From the human T2T-CHM13v2.0 reference genome, Homo sapiens: a stretch of 64,000 bases of DNA. Made by a program: the position numbers and the translations under genes. Shown here one piece after another: positions 1 through 15,289 of this stretch; within the stretch, counting starts at the first letter, position 1, and every line of letters begins with the position of its first letter. The notes under the pieces were generated by a model. It did no database searches, was not told the origin of the DNA, and saw only the letters and a program-made list of their open reading frames with translations. The DNA lies in the NCBI RefSeq assembly GCF_009914755.1, contig NC_060932.1. One strand, written 5' to 3'.

Positions 1-610
1 ATTAAATATAGATATGTCCACCTCAACCTTCCCAGTTATTAAAAAATGCAAATGAAAATTATGTACCCCAAATTTGTATATAAATGTATTAATCATTTAT
101 TTAATAATTAGTATGTCATAAAGCGTAGTATTAGATACTGAAGACACAAAATAAAAATTACACATGCTGCTATCAATAACTTCATAATGTGGTAGAGAAG
201 TCATATAAACTATAACAGAAGATGATAACTTGTATGGTCTTGGGGCACACAAGATGCAAAGGAAGCCCAGAAGAAAAGTTCCCAAGATAGAATGTGTAGA
301 AAAAAGATGGGAGAAAATGCAGGCATAAAGTAACACTTAGAAGAAGGCAGAGGTAAACCTAACACTACCTACAAATGATAGTATGGCTAAAGGAAAGGAA
401 ATATCACATGAATAAAGATGTATGCAGAGCCCAAGGTCTTACATGACACCCTTAAAAATTTGGCTATTAATGGGGAGGATCTTAAGTAAGACAGTAATAT
501 GAGTTGTGTTTCATTTAAGATGATCAATCTAGCAGCATCATGAAGTTTACTTTAGAGAGGAGATTGAGACTGCAGATTATTAAATCAGTTGGTACTGATC
601 CAGAAGAAGG

Positions 611-1153
611 TAGAACGATGGCGGTGGCGTTGGCTTTGCCAGCTCAGGACTGAGTGCAAGTAACAGAGAATCAGCCAGATTCTCCAGAGGCTCTTCAGGT
701 TCTCCTCTGTCTTTCAGTCAGCAGTCTCAGTCCATTTGCGGAGGAACATTGGTGTTACAGCAGTGGCGTTTAATAAGGAACTTGATCCTGTACAGAAACT
801 CTTTATGTACAAGGTTAGAGAATACAAATCTAAGTGACAGACATCTGGAGGATCTGTTGATACTGATCCAGAGTACCAGCAAGAGCCAGAGAAGAAGCTT
901 TTTAAGCTCAAGCAAGTGTATGGTAAAGCAGACATGAATACATTCCCTAACTTCAAATTTGAAGATCCCAAACTTGAAGTCATCAAAAAACCCCAGGCCT
1001 GAAGAAATAAAGTAAAATTAACCTGGTAAGTTGTCAAGGGTTAGCTGTACAACTAGCTAGAAGTTTCAGAATAAACATACATTCACAACTGTCAAATGTT
1101 CTTTTAATCTCGATTCCAAATAAATTAGTTGGTGATGTGGAGTATTAAAAAAA
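611..1153 (+). pseudogene. ATP5PF: Processed pseudogene of ATP synthase peripheral stalk subunit F6 (ATP5PF/ATP5J)
   Basis: Frame 676-1002 reads (Q)ILQRLFRFSSVFQSAVSVHLRRNIGVTAVAFNKELDPVQKLFMYKVREYKSK*QTSGGSVDTDPEYQQEPEKKLFKLKQVYGKADMNTFPNFKFEDPKLEVIKKPQA*, collinear with CF6. It is intronless, the ATG is lost (CAG at 676), and there is an in-frame TGA at 835-837. The 3'UTR has AATAAA near 1119 and a residual A-tail at 1147-1153. The symbol is that of the parent gene. Confidence 0.95.
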
Positions 1154-1340
1154 TCTGGAAGGAAAAATAAAGATGTGGACGAAAAGAAGGGGATATTACT
1201 TGAGAGATATTAAGAAAGTTACAGAGATGGGAACTGGTGAATAATGAAAACTTGAATCAGCTCAGTGGCAGTGGAGCTGGACAGGAAGGAGGGAAGGAAA
1301 CATCAACAGGACCTGGTGACTGATTAAAGGCAGAAGATTG

Positions 1341-1712
<372 letters not shown>

Positions 1713-2404
1713 TCAAATACATAGTTGGTTCAAATATAAAGGGAGAAACAAGCCTGATGAAAAAACAGTGAAAACAACTTGGAGATATTGGATTTGAATT
1801 ATCTCAAAATAGTAAAGAAAATTATATAAGCAGATTACTAGAAATATGTCTAGAATTCAAGACAGAGATAAAAGCTGGAGGAAAGCCAGGGAATGGAGAC
1901 AGCAGTGTTCTCTACTGCTGTCTTAACCCTTTCTTTCAGAGCCACATATAAAAGCAGTTCACTGGCACCTCTGCTTCCTGGGTCCAAGTGATTCTCCCAC
2001 CTCAGCCTCCCAAGTAGCTGGGACTACAGGCATGCGTTTTTATACTATTTTGAGAGAATTCAAATGCAATATCCCCAGGTTATTTTCACTGTTTTTTCAT
2101 TCTCCCAAAGGAAAACTGTTTGTCTCCTAAATCAAGGAGCACGTGAGCCTGTAAAGTTCCATAGCAGAGAGGAAATAAGTGATGGGTAGGAGAAAAAAAA
2201 ACAAGAAGAAAGAGGCATACCCTTCTATAATACTACAGCCAGAAAAGGGTAAAATGAGGCCCCAAAGTTCAGGCATATGTATATGGCCATTTAACTAGGA
2301 CTTTTTAAGCAATAAGCATGCTGTGCTTAGGCTGTCTCAGCACTATTGTTAAGTGCTTTAATTATGTAACTTTTGATACATTCATGTTATCATATGTTGT
2401 AATT

Positions 2405-2665
2405 ATTGTTGTTACTATTACATTTTCTCTATATAGCACTTATTATGTATGGGGCAATGTACTAAGTAGCTTTACAAAAATTATTTCTTTTAATCCTCAC
2501 CAAAACCCTATGAGGAAGTATTTCTCCATTTTATATATGAGAAAACTGAGGGATAGAAAGGTTAAATAACTTGCCCTCAAATACTCAGCAAATAAAGGAC
2601 AGAGTTGAAAATGGAACCCAGGCAGTCTAGCTCCAAAGTCCATGATCTTAATCATCAAGTTATAC
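2405..2665 (-). mobile_element. MIR SINE relic
   Basis: Typical MIR core: tttaatcctcac...gaaactgagg...gttaaataacttgccc...gaacccaggcagtct. Confidence 0.75.
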
Positions 2666-5600
2666 TACCTCTTTTCAGGTGGATAAAGAATACTTTTGGT
2701 TACTAACTTAATCTGAAGACAACTATTTTCTAGTAGGAAATATTTCTAATTTTACAATACATGTAGGAGAAAATTGAGTTTACTGATCAGAAACTTGCTA
2801 GACTACATTATTAAGTAAAAAAACACACAGAATTAAAATATTATTTAAAACATCTGTACATTTTTAATCTGTATAAACATGTATATATAACAATAGTTCT
2901 CATCTATATAAATATGTACATATAATAATTGTTCTTAAATTTTACTATGCATCAGAATTTCTTGGTGGGCTTGTTAAATGCAGATTGCTGAACCCCTACT
3001 TCAAACCCCAATCTTTCCCCTATTACTTACGAAATAAAGTACAACTTCTTTTCAGCATGGCTTACCTTTGGCCATGAGGCATCGTCTAACCATCTTTCAA
3101 TAAGTTTTTAGTACATTACCTATTTTTTTATGCTTTCCCTAATACAACCCTTCCTAATAAAGCCATACATTCCTTCTATGATTCCAAAGCACCTCTAAAA
3201 TAGTAAAAAACAGAACAATGATAATAATATCAATTAACTCTGTGGGGCATTCCCAAGGAAACATGAATTACCTCATTCAATCCTCATAACAACTCCTCAG
3301 GATAAAGATTATAATTATTCTCACTGTACATATGGGAAAAAAGTGAGACATGGAGAGGTTAAATTGGGCATGGTAATACAATCAGCAAGTAGAAAAGCTA
3401 GGATTCTACCACTGCAATTATACTATATAAGCAATTACTAGATTGTTCAGTACTTGGATACTATTTAGATACTAGATTTTTCTAAGTACTAATGTAAATA
3501 ATTTCCTTATTCATTTTTACACTTATTTAACTGACATTTACTGACTGCCTATCATATGCCAGGCATTGTGTTAGGCACGAAAGACTATCATGTTAAAATA
3601 CAAGGGAAGACCCAGTACCTGCTCTCTTGAGACATGGAATCCAGTGGAAAAACCAAACATTAAATTAAAAATCAGAGAAATATTTCAAGAAATATGTGTT
3701 AAAGACAAAAAGTACAAGGCACTCCAAGATTATAATAGGAAGATCTAAGCTGTTTATAGTTATTGTACTGGCAGTGTCCTATTACAAGAGTATAAGTTAC
3801 ACAGAATTTGCATTTCAGGATGCCAAATAATTCCATTTCAAAATGACGCTTTCAAAATCAAATTAATTAATTATAAGACCAAAGTCATATAGTTAAAATT
3901 TAAAACATATTATTTAAAATGAAATTTAAATATGTCAGCTCTTTATTTTTCCCCTTAGCAAATGGAGCTATTACGCATCTGACACAGAATGTAATAAATA
4001 TAAACTATCCAAAACTAATAAAATAGCATTTGAAAATGTCCTTGCAATATTGGTCATGATAAAGGTAAAATAATATGCCAAGTTCCTGACAATCCTAGTA
4101 GTGCATAAAGTACTTCCATTTTGGACAATGCTAACTTTCTTATGATTGAATTAGATCCATGACTTAATATACATCATTTGTAAGATTTTTTTTTTTTTTT
4201 TTTACAAAAAGCAGACTTCTTTCATAATAAATTTCAAAATGAAAACCAATGTTTTTTTACAGAGGAAAAATGCCTAAAAGTCCAAATACTGATCTTACAA
4301 AGAGACATGAAAGGTAAAATCAAGTATGAACCAGGCCTGGATTCCCACATCTTCAGTTTCTATTTATCAAACAGAAAAATCTTTCCAACTTTCTCCTTTC
4401 CTGTATAAGACCAAAACTATGCAATATTCTGTTTGTATTACAATTACACTAATTCAATGCAGGTCACTTGCTTTTTACTGAGTCCAGATGACATTCAGTA
4501 AACTAAACATGGGCCAATTAGTTTAAAAAAAAGAGGAAGAAAAGAAAAAAGGAAGAAACGAGTGAGTTCTGATTGCCTTTGGGTAGGTCATACAGTGGCT
4601 ACAGAGCATCACAGCCTGAACTTCATTTTGGCTAACACCAACCATACGGCTAACATTAAGGACTAGCATTTTTTATTCCTTTCAGATTTCTCACATTTGG
4701 AAATTCCAATTTAAATAATTTTCTGGTGAAAGTGAGGACAGCACTCCTGCATAATATCAGTTTTCCCCTAATTCAACTCCAATGTCTTATTTTGGAGCTA
4801 CTAAAATGGAATCTGCACAATGTCTAAAAAAGTATAATAATCCTTTTTAACCAATTTTTTTATGTATTACAGTTTTAAATGAGCAAATGAAACTGATAAT
4901 TTAGCTGACACAAACCCACACAAAAAAAGATGGTCTAAAGCTATGAAGTTTCAACATCAATGTTTGTAATCTCAAATCAACCTGAACCACCATACAATTA
5001 GGTATATGACAAACTAAGTAATAGAAATATTCATAACTAAAAGCAATATTATTTTTAAATATCTTATTAGGTGTTGGCACCCAACATTTTCTTATAATCT
5101 ATCATGTAAAGAAATCTGTTTTACTATTCCTTTTAAACTCTCTACTCATGCTACTTTAGGTGTGTTTCTAGAAATAAATACTAAACTCTCTGCTAATTTT
5201 TTTTGGCTAAGAAATTTTTTGAAAGTTATAATGTAACTAAGTTAAAATGTACATATAATCATAATTTGATATCAAGACTGCTTTCATACAAAAAACCTAC
5301 ATTAATTAATTCCTTAAGTAAATTTACACTTTATCAATTGTTGGTATTTTAAAAAGTACTCAAAAGAAACTCTTCATTCACCATTATTACAAAAATGGAA
5401 GTCTCCAAATATGTAAACTAGCTTGATTTTTAAATTTGTTACTTATTTAGCCTAATTTTTTTAAACTTGCCTAAATTTAACTGAAGAATATTATGTTCCT
5501 GCAAGTGTTCATGAATACAAAGATACAGTAATGAAGATGGAAATTATTTACTCTAACAATTCTGACTGCATGACTGTTAAATCACTTACATACGGCCAAA

Positions 5601-6240
5601 TGATCTACAAGGAAGCAGGGAGGTCCTGAAATTGTGTACTCATATCCATTTTCAACTACTGCACAGGTGACACAACCAATCAAGGCATTACTGAAACAGA
5701 ATGGGAATAGAAAGGACTTAGTGAATAAAAGTGACTTCTTTAGACAAAAATGTAGAGGTTAGCTTGTGACCAAGGTGGAAGAAACAGCAGCACCATTCCT
5801 CCCATTGCTTGTTCATATTAAGAGAAAACTGAGACCACTAAGAGGCAAAGGACAGAGGACAGCAACACCAGCAAAGAGACAGGCAGCAGTGGGGTCAGAG
5901 CATGAGAACAGTATTAAGAGTTAAACATAGAGCACAGAGGGGGTGGTTTAAAATGTCAGTTTTACTCAATTATTTATAGGACAGTTCTTGGAAATAATGT
6001 TACAATGAAATGTTGGTTATATAAAAATCTTATTTAATGTAGTAATTACTATTTAGACAAGGGCAAATATAGTAAATATTAAGTAAAAATTAACAATAAT
6101 TAAAATGGGCTTATGGTCTGAAATACACATATTATGGGAAAGGATTACTGTTCTAACAACTACGCATAAAGCTGTGAAAAGGCAATAGTTATACTAGTCT
6201 GTAGAAACAGTACTCTAAAAGTTACAATAAGGAGATACAC

Positions 6241-6606
<366 letters not shown>

Positions 6607-6958
6607 TGAAATGTGCTCTTCTTTCACTGAAAATGACATGACACTGTGAAAGCTTTCTTCTAACACAGGAATTTTTAGACCTTCACACAAGTTTTCATAA
6701 TGTTTAATACTTTCAATAAGCTTCATGACTATTAATGCTTTGGGGAAAACTTACTTTTTGTTTCTTTATTTGCTTTTCAAAACCAAAGGCATATAGTAAT
6801 AATTCATTATGCTTTTACAATCAGGTTTCATCTGATGTCAATGTTACCTTTCATATCTTTTTAAGTGTTTTTCCATGTTAACGTGAAGGTGTGTTTCTTA
6901 ACTTCACATAGCAAGAAACAAAGACACGCCTTTGTTCAATTTAAATATTTTGGTTCCT

Positions 6959-7479
<521 letters not shown>

Positions 7480-10070
7480 TCCATATTCATTTTATTCAAA
7501 AGAATTTTATACACAAAATTGTGGCAAAACTTCAAGGAAGAATATATTCTTTTGTAGTTCTGTAATCTAGTGGAAAAATGTGATATAAAAAAACATAAAA
7601 GTTAATGATATACTAGTGAAGGGTTCCTAATATTCAATTAACTTTGATTTTATTCTCAATCTATTTTATACTACCATTCTTCTTATGAAAATATCTTCAA
7701 CACTTTCATTGTACCAATAAACAACAATACAATAATTAACAATTTGCATTTATTATTAAAGTATTAAATTTAAAACTCCAAAGCACCTACTTGAAAGGAA
7801 CATTCCAATATAATTTAATTATTCTTGGTCATTTGCTCATGTTTCCTTAAATATAAATACAGTATACCTAACAAATAATAAGCATAATTATAAATATTAT
7901 CACATTTTACAATTTTTTATTCTAATAAAGAAAACATATGCTCAAATAATGGAATTTAACTATAAAATCTAATTTTTAGCTCATTGAAAAAACATAAAAA
8001 AGGATGATCAAACTATTTACCAGTCTTAAATATTTAAGAGTATAATATGTTTATACTACTATATTTATATGTTATAAATACAGACTATATATTAACACAT
8101 TTATAACTATAGTAATATGTATTTATATAGTATAAAAATATACTACTATATATAATACTGGCTTTTTAAATACATTTCCTAATTTCCTTTATTTACTACT
8201 TTAACTTTGTAGTTTATAATTTACAAATTTCCCAGCACTGTATCTTCCCCACAAGAAGATTTCCCTTTCTAGTGGCTACTAACATACAATGTTTAAGGAT
8301 TAATTAATGATAGATTGGTTAATGAATCTGCAAAATATTTAGCTCTTTTATTTCCATTTTTCTCTCCTGCTAATTGACTTTTGACCATGTTAGTGTTTAT
8401 TAAGCTCAAGATCCAAATTAGCTAAATTCTTGCCCTCCCAAACAGGAGGCAGTCTAAAGCAAAGGTGTTGGTTGACTGCAAGTTCTGGTGGAATTTACCT
8501 ATTAATCAGTTCTACACCATTTTGTCAAATCTGAACCAATATAGTGCCAAAAGAACATTCTTAAATATTAAGACTTTTATCTTTGGCATACAGGATTCAT
8601 TCATCCAACAAATACATACTGAGTAACTACTATGGGCCAAGCACTGTTCTAGTGCTTAACATATATTAGTGAACAAAAGAAATAAGAAATTCCTGCCCTC
8701 ATGTTGCCAATTTACCAACCCTGTGCTGTGCTCCACACTAAAAATACAAAATTGAAGATACTACCCCTTACTTAAAGAAGATTTAATCTAATCAAAGGCA
8801 AGAAAAATGTCCTCAATGCAACTTATCATATAATGCTAAAATATGCATATGTAAATGGTAGCAGAAGCATATATAAAGTGCCATGAAGAGTAGAGGGGAA
8901 GAAGCCTCTGTGCAGATGTTACTGAGTACAACATCACAAGGAGTATAATTCTCTCTGCCTATAACAATCAAACACAGGCATTCCAACCTGAGAACAGATA
9001 TGCCCAATACAGCTTTATATCTAACTCTATGTTGTCTTTCTTAGAGGTAAATCAAGGTGCTGCTTTACAGACCTTCATAATTAATGTCCCCTTAGCATCT
9101 TCAAGAGTTAATGGAAAAGGAGGGAAAATTCTAATCACTACATGTTGACACTTTTTAGTAGCCAAGAAAAGTTCTCAAAGAATGACAATTTAAAAAATTA
9201 ACTTGTATACACTTTCTAGGTTAACCGTGGGCCTCAATAATCCCTACCATTCCAATACACAAATGTCACAAGTTCTCATTCATATGTGAGAGCTCAAACC
9301 AGTGGATCTCATGACATATGGAGTACACTTGCCATCACCAGAGGCCAGGAAGGGGAGCGGGGAGGGAGGAGTGAAATGGAGGGAAAAGGGAAATAAATGT
9401 ATTTATTGGCACTGAGCTGTACACTTAACAATGGTAAAGATGGTTAATTTTTAAAATATTTTCAATAATAATATTAATAATTATCCTTACCATCCTTATC
9501 TCTTATTCACATGAAGACATTAGTTACCATTTATTAAGTGCCTCCAGCAGGAGAGGCACTGTGTACACCCTTTATATAACATTATTTCTAAGGCTTAAAC
9601 CTTTAGAAGATTAGTATTTTTATTACCCAGTTTTTCACATGTGAAGACTGAGAGTGGGAGAGATTGTATAATTTGCCCAAGGTTGTACACCATTTGGCCT
9701 GGAATGTAAAAGAAATCCATACGAACACAAAGTCAAGGATCTTTTCACTCTACCTGATAGCTGCCCACTCCCATAAAGAATCTAATATTGAGGGATATTA
9801 ATTCCTCTTCTATGATTATTTTTAACCATCCTATATGTAGATAAATATGTAAACTGATCTAAAACAGTTTACATCCTTGTTGAAAACAGGATCACATATG
9901 ATTACCTAGCCTGCTAACCCAGACAGGCAGATGGATGGACAGGCAGATGGAAGAATGAACAAAATCTCAAGTATAATGACATCCAAACTGTTTAAATCTA
10001 CTGCACAGTGTTCTTATAAATCTTCAATGGCAAGTCCATTTGACTGACACTATTTCTAAAAGAACAATTA

Positions 10071-10368
10071 GGCTAGGCACAGTGGCCCATGTCTGTAATC
10101 TCAGCATTTTGGGAGGGCAAGGCAGAAAGATCACTTGAGCCCAGGAGTTTGGGACCAGCTTGAGCAACATAGTGAGACCCTCACCTCTACAAAAATATTT
10201 AAAAATTAGCTGGGTGTGGTGGCACACACACCTGTCGTCTCAGCTACTCCAGAGGCTGAGGTGGAAGGATCACTTGAGCCTGGGAGATCAAGGCTGCAGT
10301 GAGACATGATTGCTCTCCACTGCCCTCCAGCCTGGGCGACAGAGAGCTCAAAAAATAAAATACAATAA
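10071..10368 (+). mobile_element. AluJ
   Basis: Dimeric Alu with J diagnostics and an A-rich tail. Confidence 0.9.
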
Positions 10369-10439
10369 ATGAAAGCACAATTAAACAAAAAATAAACTTA
10401 CCTTGAGATCTTTGTAACACCTTTATTATCCCTATTATT

Positions 10440-10852
10440 ACCTCATCTTCTATTAATGTCCTTCTGGCTCACTCCAGCCACACTGGCCTCTGGTTAAGAA
10501 TCAAAGAGCCAAGCATGTTCCCATCTCACACAGACTTTGTACTGTCTGTTCCCTCCAATCAAGGCAGTCTTACCCCAGATGGCTCACTCCCTTGTGTGCT
10601 TCAGTCTTTAGCTTAGATATCTCCTTCTTAACAAGGCATCCTTGACTACCATTTAAAAGTACAATCAGACCTTCATACTCCCTAATCACCATCCAATGAT
10701 ATATTTTATGTATGTGTTATATTTATTATGTCTAACCCAACCAGAATATAAACACAATGAAGGCAGGAATTTTTGTTTTACTCAAGGCTATATATCCTGC
10801 CCATAGAAAAGTGGCTGATGCACAACAAATATTTGTTGAATGAATAAATGAA
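10440..10852 (+). mobile_element. L2 LINE 3' fragment
   Basis: actccagccacactggcctc... ending in the L2 terminus aaatatttgttgaatgaataaatgaa. Confidence 0.75.
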
Positions 10853-10858
10853 CTTTGT

Positions 10859-11179
10859 GACCAGGCACAGTGGCTCATGTGTATAATCTCAGCACTCTGG
10901 GAGGCCAAAGGAAGGATAGCTTGTGCCTAGAAGTTTGAGACCAGCCTGGGCAACATACTGAGACTTCACCTCTACAAAAAACTTAAAAATTAGCTGGGTG
11001 TGATGGCATGCACCTGTAGTCCCAGCTACTCAGGTCAATGTGGGCTGAAGTGGGAAAATCTCCTGAGCTCAGATATTTGAGGCTGTAGTTACTATGATCA
11101 CACCACTGCACTCCAGCATAGGCAACAGACAAAGACCCCAACTCAACAATAATAATAACAACCACAATAATAATAATAC
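10859..11179 (+). mobile_element. AluJ with (AAT/AAC)n tail
   Basis: Dimeric Alu flanked on both sides by taaatgaactt (TSD). Confidence 0.9.
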
Positions 11180-12916
11180 TAAATGAACTTCATTATTTGG
11201 AACCTAAAGAGGAATTGTATAAGTTCAATTTCATCACTGATAAATAATTCAATTAAAGACTTCTTTTAAAGCCAAGTTTTATATTATTTAGCACTACTGA
11301 ACTTCCCCTTCTTATAAAATGTTTGCCTCCTTACTCTGGCCAAAAATCTTCTTTTCATTGCTCTTTAGAAGTTTAACATGATGAAAATCAGTGTTTGACT
11401 TTAAAAGTCAAAGTATGAATGAAACCGAACTTGTATAGACACATCTTTTAGCTCTCATTTCAATAAACTGTTATTAAATCCATAATCTTTTGAGAGAGCA
11501 ACTCACAGATTAAAAATTAAAATTAATATTTTATCTGATGCTTTACGGCATCCATTGTATTGAATGCATTTGTTTAATATTTCTAAGTCTTTAGAAAAGC
11601 TTCTGAGAAAATTGATTTCCTTATGTTGTTTACAGTCTGTGACCAAATATTTTTAGGACATTCACATGAATAAAGGGTCCCAAATGCAACAGAAATTATA
11701 ATCACATCATAACTTAAGCTTTAAATTATTCATGTCTTTTATGTTTAACAAAAAAACTATTATCCAAAACTATTTATTATATTAAAATATTTTTACTCAA
11801 CAATCTTTTTCTCCTAAGGTCAATGAAGGCATATGACTCCTCCCCAATTATATAACTTTTTATTATTTTAATTAAATTAACTGATACCAGCATGTTTTAA
11901 TATCATCCCTACACATTTAGAAGAAGTAAATAACCTAGAGATCAAAATACACAGTAAACCCATACAAACAGCAGTTTTTCATTGCCATCTCTCTATATAT
12001 AAACATTGAATGCAATTCTATGAAAGTATGGCTCCACGTATTCAGATGAGGAATATGTCTGTTTACATGTGTCTCTTTCCCGGTCCACATTACAGGGGGA
12101 CCTGTGTGTGCCTCCGTGGTTAAGATTTACTGCATGTTCACATTAAAGTCTCATTTCCAACATTTAAACATGCAGCCACAAAGACCAATTAGAACAGTTA
12201 TTAGTACAACCCTTGGTGTACCAAAGATTTGGGAGTTCATAAAGTTGAAATTGATTGTTTATGGACAATTACAGGTACCAAAATGATTTAAAACATTTCA
12301 ATTTTTGCTCTGCTGAACGAGACTCATTTAAACAGCAGAACTAGAAGCAGAGACTTAAATATCAACTTGTAATCAAAAATCACCAGTAATGTCTTAGCAG
12401 CGTGTTCATCCTCCTACTCAGTAGAGTCCTTAAACATACAGGGACTCCAATATTAGCTTCAAAACATTTTCAGAATGTCTAGCAAAAATATGTCAAACCT
12501 GGATCTCTGACTTAAAGGAACACACAAGGCCTAAGAAATAATTGCTGTCTCAAATACTGTGGAGTTAATAAGGTTTTAAAGTATATAAAGTTGCTATAGG
12601 CTAAACGGCACATTTTATATTAGACACCCTTTCTTGCTAAACACTGTATTATATATTAAACTGTAGCAAAAGTGAATGAATCTATGAGGAAAATCAAAAT
12701 GAAATTTTCAAGTACTCACATAATGACATACCTCTAAACTGTGAGGTACTTTATGACAGAGTGTGTGATTCATTCATCTTTTAATTCCTAGTGCTTGAAT
12801 ACAAAGTTGATATTCAGTAAACACTGATTGAATAGAAAAATGAGTAAATACAACTTGAAGAATAACTATGTAATGAGATTTCTGATTTTACAAAACACTT
12901 TCACTACTTTTCTAAT

Positions 12917-13097
12917 TATATATATATACATATATAGATATAGATACAGATATAGATAGATATAGATACAGATATAGATATCGAGTAGAGACAGGGTTTT
13001 GCCATGTTGCTGGTCTAGAATTCCTGAGCTCAAGCAATCCACCCACCTCGAACTCCCAAAGTGTTGGGATTACAGGCGTGAGCTATCATGCCCAGTC
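12917..13097 (-). mobile_element. Alu monomer (FLAM/left arm) with (TA)n/(TAGATA)n microsatellite tail
   Basis: Single antisense arm preceded by tagata repeats. Flanks resemble each other (ttcactacttttc / ttcaccacttttc). Confidence 0.85.
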
Positions 13098-13879
13098 GTG
13101 CTTCACCACTTTTCAATGTCAACTTCAAGAAAATGAAAATTGCACCTTTCTGAACAAACTTTAAGTCTACCCTAAACTGCTAAGAATCAACACTAAGAGC
13201 AGATGACATAATGTGTGGGAAAATAAAAAGTCAGCCAGCCAGCTGGACATCAGTCTCTTCTCTGACTGCTATGACTAAACTCTTCAAGGTTATAACTTTT
13301 CAAATGCTACCACTGTAATGAACTATTTCATTGCTAGTGTTACCTCCTTTCCTTGGTCTTCCCCTTTCTAGACAAGAATTCCTGTTATTATCTCATTCCC
13401 TTCTTGACTGCACTTTACACACTGGTTTCAATTTGTACTTGACCTAGTTCCCAGAAAACACCCAGTTTTCCTTTTCTCACTTAGTATCTTAATATTTGTA
13501 ATATTAATAACCCACTTATCTATTCAATTGTTTAATTGTATTTTATCTATTATCTATTCAATTGTTTATTTCTATTTAATTGTAGTAACTCTATTCAGAG
13601 CTAGCCTATGCAAAAGAGAAGACAGCAGTCTTCAGATGTGACTTACTTAGTACAGAAAGATCCCAACCCTAATATATACAAACACATACACATGCAAACA
13701 CACACACCTGCTATAAACCAAAATTAGAGATACATTTCTTTGTGTTAAACTCCTGCTTCTTGAGGTTCTTATTCTCCCTCTGTCCCTCTCAATTGTTCTG
13801 TCACTCTTTACCTCCTGCTTTTTTCTGTTTTACAGTAATTCTCTCCAGCTAACTTCACTCTTCTTTCTTCTACATACAA

Positions 13880-14632
13880 CATCCAATGTGTCCAAAAAAA
13901 TTCTGTGGGTTTTTGTTTCAAAATATATCCAAAACCTGATTAGGTCTTACCACCTCCACTGTTACCAACCTAACACATGCCACGATCATCTCTCACTTGG
14001 ATTACTGCAGAGGCCTCCCAACTGGCCTCTTTCCTTCTATCTTTGCCCACCCCGCCCCCACAATCTGTTCTCAACAAAACCTAAGTAATCCTTTAAAAAT
14101 GTAAATCAGATCTTATCACTCTGCTGCTCAAGGCCTGCCAGGGGTCTGTCTACAAGGCACTACTGATCTCACCTACCTCCATCACCTCCCTTACTTCCTG
14201 TCTTTCTCTGACATTATCTCCTACTTCTTTGTCCCTAGATCACTCTGCTCCCTTCTGCCTCTCCAAACACAAAAGGGCTTTCCATTGACCATTCCATCTG
14301 CCCAAAATGATCTCCCCAGGTATATGTGTGGTTTACTCCCACAATACCTGCAAGCCTCTACTCAAATATCACCTTCCCAAGGAGGCTCTGAACACCATAT
14401 TTAAAATCACAAATTTGTCCACCAAAACTCCCTGTATCCTTCTTAGTGTACACTCTAGTTTTCTTTAATCATTTCCAAAACACTTATGGCTTTCTCATAT
14501 TCTATATAAATTACTTATTATATATTGTTTTATATCTATTGCCTCCTTCTAGGATGTAATCTCTGATATATCCCAAATGCCTAGAAAGGTATCTGGCAGA
14601 GTAGACACCGAATAAAAATTTGAATACATGAA
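13880..14632 (+). mobile_element. L2 LINE 3' part
   Basis: caaaatatatcc...atcatctctcacttggattactgc...aaatcagatcttatcactctgctgctcaa, ending at an L2-like terminus. Confidence 0.75.
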
Positions 14633-14676
14633 AATATACTAGACTATCTTAAAATACAATAAATATATAGTATGTT

Positions 14677-14936
14677 CTTTTTGTTTGTTTTTTGAGACAG
14701 GGTCTCATTCTGTTACTCAGGCTGGACTGCAGTGGCACGATCTCGGCTCACTGCAACCTCAGCCTCTCAGGGTCCACAGGCAGGTGCCACCACGCCCAGA
14801 TAATTTCTGTATTTCTTTGTAGAGACACAGTATGCCATGTTTCCAAGGCTGGTGTTGAATTCCTTGATACAAGCAATCCTCCCACCTAGGCCTCCTGAGT
14901 AGCTGGGATTGTAGGCATGAGCCATTGCACCCAGCC
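14677..14936 (-). mobile_element. AluJ with internal deletion
   Basis: Antisense Alu missing part of the right arm near 14770. Confidence 0.85.
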
Positions 14937-15289
14937 TTGATGTCATTATCTAATGTCTCCTCCTTAATAAATTGTTAATAACCCTTAATAAATTGTGGCT
15001 AACATACCTTTTACAATACAACTCTAGACCATTAATGTGTCCCATAAATCCTGTGTGCATCAGGAGGTATCTTTTTTGCCTCAATGCCTTTTATTAATGC
15101 ACTGTCAGTATTCTACTTGGGCTTTATTCAAATACAAGCCTATAAAACTACTGAATCTTTTTCCATCCCTCCTACTTTCCCATTCTTGATTTTTCCCCTA
15201 CCTTTCTCTACAACTCCAGGTGACCAGCAATGACAACCTAATATGTATCACTCCATACCTTCTTCTCCATCCTTAAATAACCACGTACA

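Noticed and set aside
714-1037. ORFs of 107, 62 and 62 aa near the window start
   Set aside because: Antisense or alternate frames of the ATP5PF pseudogene.
13518-14996. Short local tandem duplications (atctattcaattgttt; ccttaataaaattgt), similar to one near 45944
   Set aside because: Ordinary slippage in AT-rich DNA, with no spacer-repeat array.
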